This document shows, piece after piece, positions 37,086 to 55,867 of a stretch of 64,000 nt of DNA. Positions within the stretch are counted from its first letter, which is position 1; every line of letters starts with the position of its first letter. The translations under genes were made by a program, and so were the position numbers. The stretch is from Eledone cirrhosa (lineage: Eukaryota). The notes under the pieces were generated by a model. It did no database searches and was not told where the DNA came from. It saw nothing but the letters and a program-made list of their open reading frames with translations. Location of the stretch: the NCBI GenBank assembly GCA_964016885.1, contig OZ024760.1, positions 4,278,001-4,342,000 of the forward strand, given 5' to 3'.

Positions 37086-37753
37086 TTAACCCTTTACAAG
37101 TTTGACATGCCTGCTGAAGAGAACTTGTTGCTATTGGCTCTGCTGTGCTGGATTCAACTGAAACTGGTTACTTTAGTTGTAAAAGAATCAGGAGTCCACT
37201 GGTTTTATTTTAGGTGGTTGGTCATTTTTGTTTTGAATGATCAGAGGCAATATTGAGTAGTGAATATTTATTTTTGAGAACAATACCTTAATATCAGTAT
37301 GAGTAGCCTATTATAGCTGGTTTGAACAGAAAGGTGATAGAATTTTGGCTGGTTTAAATGCTAAAGGGTTAATTTTGTTGAGGACATGGCTACTGTTTTA
37401 ATACTGGTACCATAAGATGCACCCAGTACACTCTGTAAAGTGGTTGGGATTGACTGATAACCACCTGTAGTACTCCAGCTATGATAAAATACACTCTGTA
37501 AGTGGTTGATTGAATGATGACCACCTGTGTAGTGCTCCAGCTATAAAATACACCCAGTACACTCTAAAGTGGTTGAATAGAATTTGTTTCCAAAATGCAA
37601 CATTTGAGCAAGATGTGGTCCTCTAAACCTGTCTAGGACAGTAACACTGAATAAGGGTCAATTAAATAAAGTACCAGTTAAATACTGGAGTTGATATACC
37701 CTCCCACAAAAAATTTTTTTTACTGGCCCTCTGTCAAAATTAGAAACCATAGT

Positions 37754-37840
<87 letters not shown>

Positions 37841-39074
37841 ATATATGTATATGATGACTTACTAACAAGCTTGAGCTACCATCAGCGGAAGACCTTGGTT
37901 CTGTTGCAATGACTCACTGCACAAAATCAAAGACTATTATTGAGGTGATATAATTAGTATGGGAGCTGTTGAGAATGGGGTGGGATTGGGGAAGGGGGAA
38001 CCTAGTGGCAGTAAATATCCAGATGACTGTTAATTCTGTTAGCAGTTGGAAAAATAGTCTTTTTTTTTCATTCTCTCTTGCTTTACTCCATTCCCTTCCT
38101 CTTATTTAGTGTAGCCACTTGGCGTAGTGGTTAGAGAGTTGGGCTTACAATTGTGAGGGTGTGAGTTTAACCCTTTAGCATTTAAACTGGCCAGAAGCTA
38201 CATTAACTTTGGCAGTTGAAAACCTATCTAAACATTCCCTGATGAGCTTTTAATGAAAGGTGAAACTGGTCAGATAATTCTTAATATTTAACTGAAGTTG
38301 CTATGGTTTATATTCATACAGCAGTGAGACTAAATGTATCTTTATTAATCCTTTAGCATTTAAACTGGTTGTATCCAGTCAGAATTCTCTCACCTCTTTC
38401 TATTCAAACCAGCCATAACTGGCCACTCATACTAATGTTAAGGTATTGTTCTCGAAATAAATATCAAAATCTCAGATTCAATATTATGTGAGGTAAAGCC
38501 TTTACAACGAAAATATAATAGTATATATAGAGTAATGTAAATGCTAAAAGATTAAACCGGCTGTATCCAGCCAGAATTCTCTCGCCTCTTTTTACTGTAA
38601 CCAGCTGTAACTGGCCACTCATACTGATAAGGTATTGTTCTAAAAAAAAAAATACAAAATCTCATATTCAATATGTGAGATAATTATGTAAGATAAAGGC
38701 CTTTACTTAGAAAATACAATAGTATATATATATATGTAAATGCTAAAGGGTTAATTCCCAGACCAGGCAGTGTGTTGTCCTTGAGCAAGACCATTTCATA
38801 TTTCTCCAGTCTACACCAGCTGGAGGAAATTAGTTGCGACAACTGATGCCAAGCAGAGTTGAGTTTTGTCTTTCCTTTGGACAACATCAGTGGCATGGGG
38901 GAGGTGAGAATATATATATTTAATTAGAAAGTGAACAAAATATATAACTACTCCATTACCAAAGGTTTCTGGATCCTATTGTGTGTTCACTTTCTAATTA
39001 ATAGGCTGTTCAATACATAGAGCACTCTTTTTTTTTTTTCTATTTTCCCTTTGCTTTTTCTTCCGATTATATAA

Positions 39075-43585
<4,511 letters not shown>

Positions 43586-44145
43586 AACATAATTTCATAT
43601 ATGTCATGAATGGGGTTTACCAAGCTAAGACAACACAGTGAAAGGTCTCACTTTCATTGTTCTTCTAATACCAATATTTTCCAACACAATGTTGTTTTAT
43701 TTGCTCATCTAGTAAGGTTTTGTTGTATCATATTGTAGAGTATGGAATCTGCCAATCGGGGAATGTCTCTTGAGAATAGCCTTAATCAAACAATCTGTGT
43801 TCAAACATGATGTAACTAGGATTACATTATCGAACGTCTAATGATAGCAGCATCAGCAGCTGGAGTAGTAATAGTAGTCCGAACACGGAAGAGCCGCACT
43901 CCCACTGTCATCGCTTCCATTTCTCTCGCCCTCCTCATCTCTCTATATTATGAGGAAATGGGGTCCCGCGTGCTGGCCGCCCCACGGACACAGAAGAGCC
44001 GAACTCCCACTGTCATCACCTCCATCTCTCTCGCCCTCTCCATCTCTCTATATTATGAGCAAATGGGGTCCCACGTTCTGGCCGGCCCACGGCCCCAGCG
44101 GACAGAATAGAGAAGGCGTTTTATGTCGTTGTTGTTTTTGTCTCA

Positions 44146-44341
44146 CGAGGGTCGGTTGAAAGGTTCATAGGCTGGCTATGAAGGAGTGATGCTAAAACTG
44201 TGAAAATCATGCATGCATTAATTTCATCTCTTCTGCAACTGCATTTTTTTCTTTCTAAGGACTATTTTGAAAAATAAACCTCATTTGGTCATTCCATGAG
44301 AGTATCTTGGGTCAGCCTATGACCTTTCGAGTCGACCCTCG
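44146..44341. mobile_element. mariner-like MITE
   Basis: TIRs CGAGGGTCGGTTGAAAGGTTCATAGGCTG / CAGCCTATGACCTTTCGAGTCGACCCTCG|TA; related fragments at ~7830-7990 and ~25670-25830. Confidence 0.65.
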
Positions 44342-44592
44342 TACTTAATATAATATACCACCCTCCTCCCGCAATAATTATATTTTTCTCTCCAAACTAC
44401 CAAAACACACATCTATTTGTATATGCACTACAATTATGTACATGTTATGTTTATTGCATAACTAGTTATTTTATATCTTGGTTGATATTTGATAATAACA
44501 GCTAAACTAATCACTACAACTAAATTGACTAAATTTGGCTCCGCACCCCCAATTCAGAAATACTTCCACCGCCCCTGCATATGATAGATAAT

Positions 44593-44776
44593 TATTTCTA
44601 CTTTAGGCACAAGGCCAGCAATTACCCAGTGCATTACTGGTACTTTATTTTATCGACCCCGTAAGGATGAAAGGCAAAGTCAACCTCGGCGGGATTTGAA
44701 CTCAGATCGTAAAGGGACGTAACTATGCTGGAAAGCATGGCGTCCGAGCCTCTACCGATACTGCCAATCCACCGCC
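44593..44776 (-). mobile_element. dominant SINE family copy
   Basis: Near-perfect reverse complement of 7025-7210, flanked by an ATGATAGATAAT direct repeat. Confidence 0.8.
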
Positions 44777-44884
44777 TATGATAGATAATAAGCATGAACC
44801 TTTTATATGTTTATACAGTCACAAAGTGTGTCGTTTCGGTATAAGATATGACGCTAGGAATCTAAGATATCCTATAGTTTAAAC

Positions 44885-45100
44885 CAGAGGTTCTCAAACT
44901 TTAATTGCTGGCCTTGTGCCAAAAGTAGACACAATAATATATACCATAAATAAATATTACATATTTTTCATTTTACTATACTAATATATAATATGTATGA
45001 TCTGATATTTAATATATTATAGCATCTCTACTGCCCCCGTCGCCTCCGTAGGCCCCAGAGCCACCCTGGACCTTCTCAACGCCCACTTTAAGAACCTCTG
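44885..45100. mobile_element. hAT (Charlie-like) MITE
   Basis: TIRs CAGAGGTTCT / AGAACCTCTG; 8-bp TSD GTTTAAAC on both sides. Confidence 0.85.
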
Positions 45101-45294
45101 GTTTAAACAGTTTACCCCTATTTCTAATATATTTCAGTATGATATTTTAATGATCATTAACTACAATAACTAATTATTTTATTGAATTTCCATATCAATT
45201 GTTTTAAGAGTATACATGGATTATGGATTATAACGGAGATATAGCTGCCGTTTCTAGCAAGTCATTCGACCACATGCTAGAATAGGGCTCCCGG

Positions 45295-45534
45295 GTGTAT
45301 GCATGTGTTTGTGTGTGGTTGTGTATGAGTATACATGTATACATGTGTGTATGTGTGTGCACGAGAGACGGAGTGCGTATGTGCGTGTGTGCAAGAGAGA
45401 GAGGGGGGTGAGTGTGTGGTTGTGTATGTGTATATATATATATATGTGTGTGTGTGTGTTTGTGTGCAAGAGAGAGAAAGAGAGGGTGTGTGTGTGTGCG
45501 TGCAGGAAAGAGGGGGAGAGAGAGAGAGAGAGAG

Positions 45535-45621
<87 letters not shown>

Positions 45622-46175
45622 GAAAAGAGGGAGAGAGAGAGCATATATGCGTCTGTGTCGTTGAGTATGTGTAGATATATATGTGAGTGTGTGCACAAGA
45701 GAGAGAGAGAGAGAGAGCGTGTGTGTGCACAAGAGAGAGTGTGTGTGTGTGTCCACAAGAGAGAGAGTGTGTGTGTGTGTGCGTGTATGTGTGCAGGAAA
45801 AGAGGGAGAGAGAGAGAGCGTGTATGCTTGTGTGTGGTTGTGTATGTGTAGATATATATGAGTGTGTGTGCACAAGAGAGAGAGAGTGTGTGTGTGTATT
45901 TGTGTGTATGTGTGTGTGCGTGTGCAGGAAAAGAGGGAGAGAGAGAGCGTGTATGCTTGTGTGTGGTTGTGTATGTGTGTGTGTACACAAGAGAGAGAGA
46001 GTGTGTGCGTGTTCACAAGAGAGAGAGAGTGTGTGTGTGTGTGCACAAGAGAGAATGTGTGTGTGTGTGCACAAGAGAGAGAGAATGTGTGCGTGTGCAC
46101 AAGAGAGAGAGAGTGTGTGTGTGTGTGTGCACAAAAGAGAGTGTGTGTGTGCGCGCACAAGAGAGAGTGTGTGTA
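45295..46175. repeat. compound (GT)n/(GA)n satellite with GCACAAGAGAGAG units
   Basis: Visible higher-order repetition; source of HT/CV-rich ORFs. Confidence 0.9.
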
Positions 46176-47692
46176 TACACATATCTAAGTATATATTTGA
46201 GCTCGATCCTGTTGTTTATCAACACATCTGACATACTGCAAGACAGAGCAGAGCTGTTGCTGTCATGATGGGAGAAGAAAAAAACTACAAAAGTGTGATT
46301 TACAACCTACATTAGGGTTCTTAGAATCAGATAATAAGTGACATATTTAGTTTAACACTCTGACCTTTAGGAATAGTGTATAGAATGGGAATAATTACAT
46401 GGATTTGGATTTACCATAGAGTACTCCCAGGCAATGGCAGTCGGTGCAGAAATTGTGGCTCACTAAATAGAAAATTAGTAAACTTTGAGCAACAGGAAGG
46501 AAACACACCACAAAAAAAAAAGAATAGAACAAGTAACTATTCTAAGAGAATCACATCCTCAGAGAACAAACCAGCAATGTCCACTCCAAATATGACCATC
46601 CATATGGCATGATATACTGATAAAAATTGCATGCATGCATGCATGGTCCTGTAACTCCTGAGGGAGTTGTAGAAGTGCCGTATTGACATTGAGCGTTTCT
46701 ATGGCATTTTTAAACTTGGATCAATGATGAACATTGGTGGAAGGGGCATTGTATGTATATATGGACCTGTAATTCCTGGGGGAGTCCTAGGGGCACTATG
46801 TTGACATTCAGCGTTTCTAGGTCCTTTTAAAAACCTGGCAGAGCCCATCTCCTCTCCAGAAGATTTCGCCCAGAGATGGATATAGAAAGTAAGAGAGAGG
46901 AAGTGAGACAGATATATAGAGGAAGAATTAACCCCAGTATTAGACTGGTACTTTTTTTTATCAACATCGAATGGATGAAAGGGTAAGTTGACCTCAGAAT
47001 ACAGAGAGCCAAAATGAATACCGCAAAGCATTCTATTCGATGTTAAAAATTAATAAAATAATTTAAAAATTTGAAAAATCTGAAATAGAGAAAACTATAT
47101 TAGATTGTCTAATATCTACTCCCAAAGTAGCTATTTTTCATGAAGCATGGTTAAACTCTACTTATATGTTGCTAGAAGTATCGATGAGGTGTAAATTACT
47201 AACTGTTCCCTTTAAACATAAAAGAAAAGAAAATGTTATTTGGTTACCAACCACCATGGATAGAACAATTAAAATCCTTCAAAATAACAACTACAACATC
47301 AACAACAACAACAAAATAGGAAGGAAAAGGACACCATAACATTACACAACCAAACTGCTTTAACAAATAGGTCAGCTGTAGAGATAGGTGACATTCAGAC
47401 AATGGAATAAGGTGTGGAGCTGCATGGTCTTTTCAAAACAATGATACAAATATGAGCCTCAGGTTACACTAGGATTTTAGAACATTTGATGCAGAGTGGT
47501 GGGGATTGATATCATCCATAGGTTTGGCTAAAGAAATGCCACGGGGATGGGGATGGTTTTCTACTTACTGATAGTTTATCAAGCCTAGAACTATTTGAAT
47601 AATAGAAAGAAAGAAAGAAAAAAAGGTCGGGTTAGAGATATTGAGGGTCTCCTGCTAAAAATAGATAATTATCTATCAGAAAATGAAATACC

Positions 47693-47910
47693 TGTTTCTA
47701 TTTTAGGCAAAAGGCCAGCAATTTGAAGGGGAAGGGAAAGTCGATTAAATCAACCCCCAGTGCATTACTGGTACTTTATTTTATCGACCCTGTAAGGATG
47801 AAAGGCAAAGCTAACCTCGGCGGGATTTGAACTCAGAACGTAAAAGGACGTAACTCTATGCCACTAAGCATGTTGTCCGACACTCTACCGATACTGCCAA
47901 TCCATCGCCC
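47693..47910 (-). mobile_element. dominant SINE family copy (long variant)
   Basis: Core motif plus GTCGATTAAATCAACCCC insert. Confidence 0.75.
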
Positions 47911-48039
47911 GATAAGAAAAGAAAATAATAAACAAGTAAAAATTGTCTAGTAGGCTACACAGATATTAGGGGTTACAAGAAAAAAGATGAATTAGCAAGA
48001 GTAAGAACAATGGAGCTAAAGGCGAGCGAGACACTTCCC

Positions 48040-48640
48040 CCCTGGAGCAGATACAAATTATGCCGTGTGGAAATGCATAAACAGACTAAGATCTGGTGTT
48101 GAATATGCAAAAGTCAATCTTGCAAAATGAGGATATTTAAAGGATGAATATGTTGTGTGTGACTGCGGCATCGAACCACCTCCTGATATGACTCCTGCTG
48201 GAACTCCCCTGCACAACATTGGACTTGGCAGAGTTTAATGAGAAAGGACGACAGCAGTATGTTCAGCTGTGGTGGAACCACATTTAGCCAAGCTCTGTAA
48301 CTGACACTCTTGTGGACACAACAAGGAGAAGAAGTGTACATTGGATAATATAATCCTAGATATACTATGTCTGATAGCCACTAATAACTAACTACTGTGC
48401 TGTACATGCAAAAATCACTCTTGCAAAATGGGGATATTTAAAGAATGGGGATGTTGTGTGTGACTGCGACATCAAACCACAGACTACACAGCACCTCCTG
48501 ATATGACCCCTGCTGGAACATCTCTGCACAGAATTGCACTTGGCAGAGTTTAATGATAACAATGTGTTCAGCTGTGGCAGAACCACATCTAGCCCAGTTC
48601 TATAACCGACACTCTTGTGGATGCGAGAAGAAGAAGAGAG
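48040..48640 (+). mobile_element. two tandem 3' fragments of an Ingi/Vingi-like LINE
   Basis: LAKWGYLKNGDVVCDCDIKPQTTQHLLI*PLLEH, a C-terminal CCHC-type finger signature. Confidence 0.5.
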
Positions 48641-49536
48641 AGAGGGGGACAGAGAGGGGGGAGAGAGGAGAGAGAGAGAGAGCAACAACCACCACCACTG
48701 CTACCATCAAAACTAATGCTAACAACACAATCAACTACCACCAACAACAACACTATCGATAGCAACAGTATTACAACCATCACCAATACCAACACCACTA
48801 GCACTGCCACAACAACCACTATCAGCACCATCCCCAACACCACTAATAACAACAGCAACAACCACCATCACCACCACCAAGCACCAAATAACCACGACCA
48901 CCACTACCAGAACCACTACCACCACCACTACCACCACCACCACCACCATCACTACCCCCACCATCACTACCACCACCACCACCACCACCACCAGTAGCAT
49001 CATCCCTTACTTAATGCAATGCTTCTAAACTGTCAAAAAAACCTTCTTTAACCCCCTGAACCCAGAAAAGTTATTAATAATTAACCCCTACCTGACCCCT
49101 CTTCTACTTATTATATATTGTATTGGAAGAGGGGGAGGGTGTTTGGATTAGTTGAACAACCTCCTACTTATATATTGTATTAGTGGAGGGGGGGGGGCTG
49201 GATTAGTGGAACAACCCACTATTTATTATATATGGTATTGGAGGGGGAAGATGTCCAGATTATAGAATGGCAGTGAAATAATCTTTCTCTGGTTAATCTG
49301 AGCTAATTTAATTCCTGTTCACATCAAATTGTAACTGGAGAAATAAGTTTTTTCTATTTGTGTGTGTATATATATATATAATGTAGGAGGTGAGTTTTAT
49401 TGTAGCACAATAAAGCAATGCAAATATCGGATAAGTAGCACTCTACAGTTTGTAGGACTGGAGTATAAATAATATAAGATCAAAATTAAAACTTCACTAT
49501 TCACAAGTGTTTTTTAAGCTTCATATCATGTATCCC

Positions 49537-49607
49537 TATTTTATCTGATGAGAACGCAGATATCATCCCATGATGATATTTGTTTTTGAAATGTGCATAA
49601 TAAAATA
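49537..49607 (+). ncRNA. type I hammerhead ribozyme motif (tandem copy 1)
   Basis: TATTTTAT-CTGATGA-long stem II (gcagatatcatc/gatgatatttgt)-GAAA-TGTGCA-TA-ATAAAATA; perfect 8-bp stem I. Confidence 0.8.
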
Positions 49608-49642
49608 CTTGGAACTCTTTTAACCATCTTTTGATCTTATAT

Positions 49643-49673
<31 letters not shown>

Positions 49674-49907
49674 GTTATATATAAGATCAAAAGATGGTTT
49701 TTAGATTGATGTGTGATATTGGGAAAAAAATTGAGGGGGGGGGGGGAAGAAGAGGAGGTGAGAGTAAAAAGTGGAGAGGGAGGAGTATAATCCCCCCCCC
49801 CTCAATTTTTTTCCCAATATCACACATCAATCTAAAACTACTTTTCATATGTTGATTTAAAACTGCACTATTCACAAGTGTTTTTTAACCTTCATCTCAT
49901 GTCTCCC

Positions 49908-49978
49908 TATTTTATCTGAGGAAAACGCAAATGTTATTGCATGATGATATTTGTTTTTGAAATGCGCATAATAAAATA
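49908..49978 (+). ncRNA. type I hammerhead ribozyme motif (tandem copy 2)
   Basis: TATTTTAT-CTGAGGA-stem II-GAAA-TGCGCA-TA-ATAAAATA; perfect stem I, palindromic stem III. Confidence 0.8.
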
Positions 49979-50165
49979 CATGGAACTCTTTTAACCATCT
50001 TTTGATCTTATATATTATTTATACTCCAGTCCTACAAACTGTAGAGTGCTACTTATCCGATATCTGCATTGCTTTATTGTACTACAATAAAACTCACCTC
50101 CTACATATATATATATATATATGTATGTATATGTATATATATATATATATATATGTATGTATATG

Positions 50166-50196
<31 letters not shown>

Positions 50197-50335
50197 ATGT
50201 ATATATATATATATATGTATGTATGTATATATATGTATATATATATATATATATATGTGTGTGTGGTGTATGTGTATATATATATATGCGTGTGTGTATA
50301 TATATGTGTGTGTATATATATATATATGTGTGGGG

Positions 50336-50367
<32 letters not shown>

Positions 50368-50499
50368 GTAAATATATGCATGTATATATATATATATATG
50401 TGTGTGTGTGTATATATATATATATGTAAATATATGCATGTATATATATATATATATGTGTGTGTGTGTACATATATATATGCTTTTATTTTTCTCATG

Positions 50500-50549
50500 A
50501 CAGGCTGAATGAGGTGGGGTCCAGAACCCAACGAAACTTAAGTGCCTGT
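50500..50549 (+). ncRNA. degenerate hammerhead motif
   Basis: ACAGG-CTGAATGA-stem-GAAA-CTTAAG-TG-CCTGT; stems present but an extra A in the core and a GUG cleavage triplet. Confidence 0.5.
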
Positions 50550-50566
50550 TTATGTCACTGTTGTAT

Positions 50567-50637
<71 letters not shown>

Positions 50638-50976
50638 AAAGAATAGAGGTGTAACACACGAGTTATGATATATTGGTAAAAGAAAAAGAAAATGCTGACA
50701 AATTGTTCCCAGTGAAAAATAGTTTAATTAGGAATAAGTAAAAATTAGTAATAGTATTGGTTAGTATTCAGTTTTGGTTTTAAGTTTTACCGGTTGCAGA
50801 GCAAACATCACGGGCGCTCTATCTCAAAATTATTTTTGAAAAGCATTAGAAATACGCAACCGGTAAAACTTAAAACCAAAACTGAATACTAACCAATACT
50901 ATTACTAATTTTTACTTATTCATAATTAAACTATTTTTCACTGGGAACAATTTGTCAGCATTTTCTTTTCCTTTTA

Positions 50977-51078
<102 letters not shown>

Positions 51079-51438
51079 TTATATCTTGGTTGATATTTGA
51101 TAATAACAGCTTAACTAATCACTACAACTAAATTGACCAAACTTGCCATTCTGAGTTCAAATCCCGCCGAGGTTAACTTTGCCTTTCATCCTTACGGGGT
51201 CGCTAAAATAAGGTACCAGTAATGCACTGGGTATTTGCTGGCCTTGTGCCAAAAGTAGAAACAATAATATATACCATAAATAAATATTACATATTTTTTA
51301 TTTTACTATACTAATATATAATTGGAAAGACATTAAACAAAAATTTAAGTTCCCCACCGCCCACTCTCAAAAGCGTCAACCTAATAAACTCTTATTTGTA
51401 CTGCCTCTCTGTTTTTGTTCCCGTTCCCGTCTAAGTTT

Positions 51439-51506
<68 letters not shown>

Positions 51507-51731
51507 TATATATGTGTGTATGTATATATATAAGAAAGAGTCGGGACCCGACGGGTGAGCTCTTGATGTTTCGACACCAAAAGCTCAGGTGTCAGGCCCT
51601 GACTCTCTAATATATTTACACTCAAGTATTGAGTACTTACTCTGCTGAATAACGGTCTTATTAGTTTAAAGCTGGTAACATCCTGATCTCTCTCTATATA
51701 TATATCTATATATATATATATGTATATATAT

Positions 51732-51762
<31 letters not shown>

Positions 51763-51852
51763 GATACTTGCATATATATATATATGCATACACACACATA
51801 CACACACACATATATATATATAAATACACGCACGTGTTATTTATTATGTAAT

Positions 51853-51914
<62 letters not shown>

Positions 51915-52383
51915 CATGTGAGTGTGTGTGGTTAAAAAGACAGAGAAAGTACTAGCGAAAGTAAATAGAAAAGTAGTTACAGCTGGCCAAACAGGTGTCT
52001 AGACAGTGTTTAGCTGATCTCCTGTCACAGGTGATGGTTTGAACTATCTACAGACAGGTAGCTATGGTGACAGACAGGGAGGGAGGGAGGACAGATAGAT
52101 ACAAACAGACAGGGAGACAGTAGACCAACAAACAAGGACAGACAGACAGAGATGGAAGACTTTAGAAGGAATAAGGGTGAAATACAGTAGCACACAAACA
52201 TATATATATATATATAGGAGAATGTTTGACCCCGACGGCAGAGCTCAAACCGTTTCGACAGCTATTTCTGGACAGAAATAGCCGTCGAGGTCAAACATTC
52301 TCCTATTACCCACTCTAATACCCTAAGTATTGAGTACTCTGGTGCGTTATGGTCCATCTGATTCCTTACCACACCTCCTTCGT

Positions 52384-52441
<58 letters not shown>

Positions 52442-52443
52442 TA

Positions 52444-52493
<50 letters not shown>

Positions 52494-52592
52494 TATGTAT
52501 ATATATATATACACACACATACAGGGTGTCCCAAAAATGTATACACACTTCAACAGCATTCTAATAAATATTGCCTGTACAGGTAATCATAC

Positions 52593-52629
<37 letters not shown>

Positions 52630-52649
52630 CATATATATATATATATATG

Positions 52650-52691
<42 letters not shown>

Positions 52692-52833
52692 CATATATAT
52701 ATATTATACATATATATATAATACATATATATATATTATATATATATATACAGAGAGAGAGAACTATGCATATATATATTAAATATATATGTCCGACAAG
52801 CCTCTATCTTTGTTTGTCTTTTTTAATCTTGAG

Positions 52834-52898
<65 letters not shown>

Positions 52899-54277
52899 GG
52901 CAGGCCTTTACAGATTATAACCTGAAGAATAAGGTCATAATTATTTCAGAACAAATAGTCTAAAATAGTCTTTAGAAAAGGGTGGAAAAAATAAGGCTCT
53001 TTAGCTTAATATTAAAGTATTTCAAACAAAAGGGCCAACTGATTTGAAGTTAATAAAGGCGTTACGGGATTTCTTTTGTCTGTTTACCATAGTATTTATT
53101 ATTATTCTCCGCTTTCTAAACTTTATTTAAAAATCTGTCACCCTCTGTGTTTCCCTGTTGTTTTGTTTTATTTTCTGAGCTGTTTAACCTTGTTTGATCC
53201 ATGCCACATTCGAATTATCGGCTGTATCGTTTTGACTCTTGCTTTATAATTATCTCTCGTGTTACATAAGGTGGTGTCGCTGGTAAAGGCAAGACGACGT
53301 AGAAAGAGGGATAAGAGATTAAGAGATAGATAGAGAGAGAGTGTGTGTGTGTGAAAGGAGACAGAGTGCGAGAGAGAAAGGGGAAATTATGGGCGGAGAA
53401 GTGAAAAAATGATTGAAAAAATTATTTTACTTTAAAATTTCATTTAAAAGATTGGAGTTTTAGAATTAAGAAAACAACAACAATAATAATAATAAAACGA
53501 ATTACAAATGAAAAAATATCGGAAAAAATTTGTTTTAGCGGAAATAATAAATCTAATAATTGATTTTCCATTATCAACCACAAAGCTACGAATTTGTAAT
53601 GGAGAGGGTCGTCACCAGTGAATTACTGGTACGTGTTTTATAGGAAACTAACGACAAATCTTCGGAAGCTATAGAACAAGTAATGATAATAACGTTGACG
53701 CAAATCTGAAGAAGAAAGTAAAGTGTATTGACTATATAACACTAATATATAACTGGTACTTACTTTAGAAGAAAAGGGAGGTTTGGACGGCTTTAAAGAA
53801 TTTAAACCAGAAGCTTATATAAAGACTTCTGGGTAAAATGGAAAGATTTAAAAAAATTAAATTAAGCATTATATGGGTGAAAATTAATTCAAATTTATTT
53901 CCTTCGTGTATTTATAGAGAGAAACAGCAAAATTTAAACAATAATTAAAAATTATATCATTAAACCGAATACTAATGCTTCGAATAGCAAACATCGGTTT
54001 ATTATGGGGGTTTATCAGAAATAAACATTTTGACAAAAGTAATGACTATTCATTTTTCTCGCCATTTTCACTATACCAAGAAGCTTCCAGTTTTGCAAAA
54101 ATCTTTCAGTTTTTGTCAGTGGGGTTGAATTTCTCGACCACTGCCGAAGACGACCCCCCCCCCCCCCCCCGTCATATTTGAGGGTTCGATTAAAATAAAA
54201 AAGAAATTTCCAGTCCAAACGGAAAATTGAAAACCAAAACGTAAACACAAACGGCTCAACGAAATTACAATACTTTC

Positions 54278-54322
<45 letters not shown>

Positions 54323-54506
54323 TTTGGGAGGGTCATGCTGCCAATAAAAACATACACACCTGTTGGTTTTCACTTCAATTTATTATAAATTTCCGGTTGG
54401 CTAGTTGGTTGGTTCGATGACTGGATGGTTGTTTATATATTGTCAAAGCTCTTTCGTCACACATTCAATGACCTCAATGACTAGGTTTTTATTTTGTGTC
54501 TCTCCA

Positions 54507-54547
54507 GTCACTGAGGAGGTTACATAATGTGTGACGAAAGAGCTTTG

Positions 54548-54549
<2 letters not shown>
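54507..54549 (+). ncRNA. type I hammerhead ribozyme motif
   Basis: GTCA-CTGAGGA-g gttaca/tgtgac-GAAA-GAGC-TT-TGAC, running into (TA)n; degenerate inverted copy at 54442-54481. Confidence 0.7.
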
Positions 54550-54626
<77 letters not shown>

Positions 54627-55229
54627 CTACCGAGCCTCCTCTCTATATCAATTAACCCCAAACTCTCTATATCTATTACATGGAACTCTCTTCCAATCCC
54701 CCTCTATATAGCGACTACACGGAACTCTCTTCCGATCCCCCTCTCTATATCAATTAACACCAAACTTTCCCTCTCCCTATATCTACTACACGATATAGGT
54801 ACCTGATTTAGGTACAAGGCCAACAATTTTGGGGGGAGGTGAAAGTCGATTAAATCGGCCCCAATGTATTACTGGTACTTTATTTTACCGACCCTGTAAG
54901 AATGAAAGGCAAAGCTAACCTCGACAGAATTTAACCTCAGAACGTAAAGGGTTGTAACTCTATGCTGTAAAGCATGTTGTCCGACGCTCTACCGATGCTG
55001 CCAATGAACCGCCCAGAGGACACAATAAATAATGAAGTCTGCTGGTGGAAATAAGGCAGAATGGGCATGGCTGGAACGCCTTTAATCATAGTTCCGCTTT
55101 GTTGGATCAGGGTTGGTCTGGGAGCTAAACATCTCAACAATAACAACCACTGCTATCACCTCAACTACTCTCTCACTGCTCCCACAACATTAACCATCAC
55201 AATCACAATCATAACTATCATCATTATCA

Positions 55230-55407
55230 GTGAGTTGGCAGTATCGGTAGAGGGTCGGACATGCTTTCCAACATAGTTACGTCCCTTTACGTTCTGAGTT
55301 CAAATCCCGCCGAGGTTAACTTTGCCTTTCATCCTTACGGGGTCGATAAAATAAAGTACCATTAATGTACTGGGTAATTGCTGGCCTTGTGCCAAAAGTA
55401 GAAACAA
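55230..55407 (+). mobile_element. dominant SINE family copy
   Basis: Core motif; an inverted long-variant copy lies at ~54805-55015. Confidence 0.75.
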
Positions 55408-55812
55408 TTATCATCATCTATACTATTGTTATCGTCAGACCCACCCCACCCCTCATTGCCCTTCAAGATCTGTATTGATTGGATTCATGTAATACATTGG
55501 CTGTCTTAAACAGCTGTGAGTAAACTGCTCACAATAATGATCAGTTTGTATGTGTGTGTGTGAGTGTGTGTGTGTGAGAGAGTATTATATATAGTTGTAA
55601 GGTTGCAAGATAAATGCGTCCTATATATATATATACGTGCATGCATACATACGTGCATATACACACGTATGTGTATGTATATATATATATATATTTAAGT
55701 GCGCATGTGTACAGATATATGCGTATGTGTGTGTGTGTGTATACACACACACACACATATATATATATATATTCAATTGTACACTAAAGTTAATAACTTG
55801 ACAAATATGAAT

Positions 55813-55867
<55 letters not shown>

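Noticed and set aside
38239-38280. CTGATGA-gctttt/aaaggt-GAAA-CTGG-TC hammerhead-like core
   Set aside because: Core and stem II fit but no adjacent stem I pairing; counted only as a degenerate candidate
48617-48997. Poly-His/Thr/Asn ORF
   Set aside because: (CAC/CAA)n trinucleotide tract following a LINE fragment
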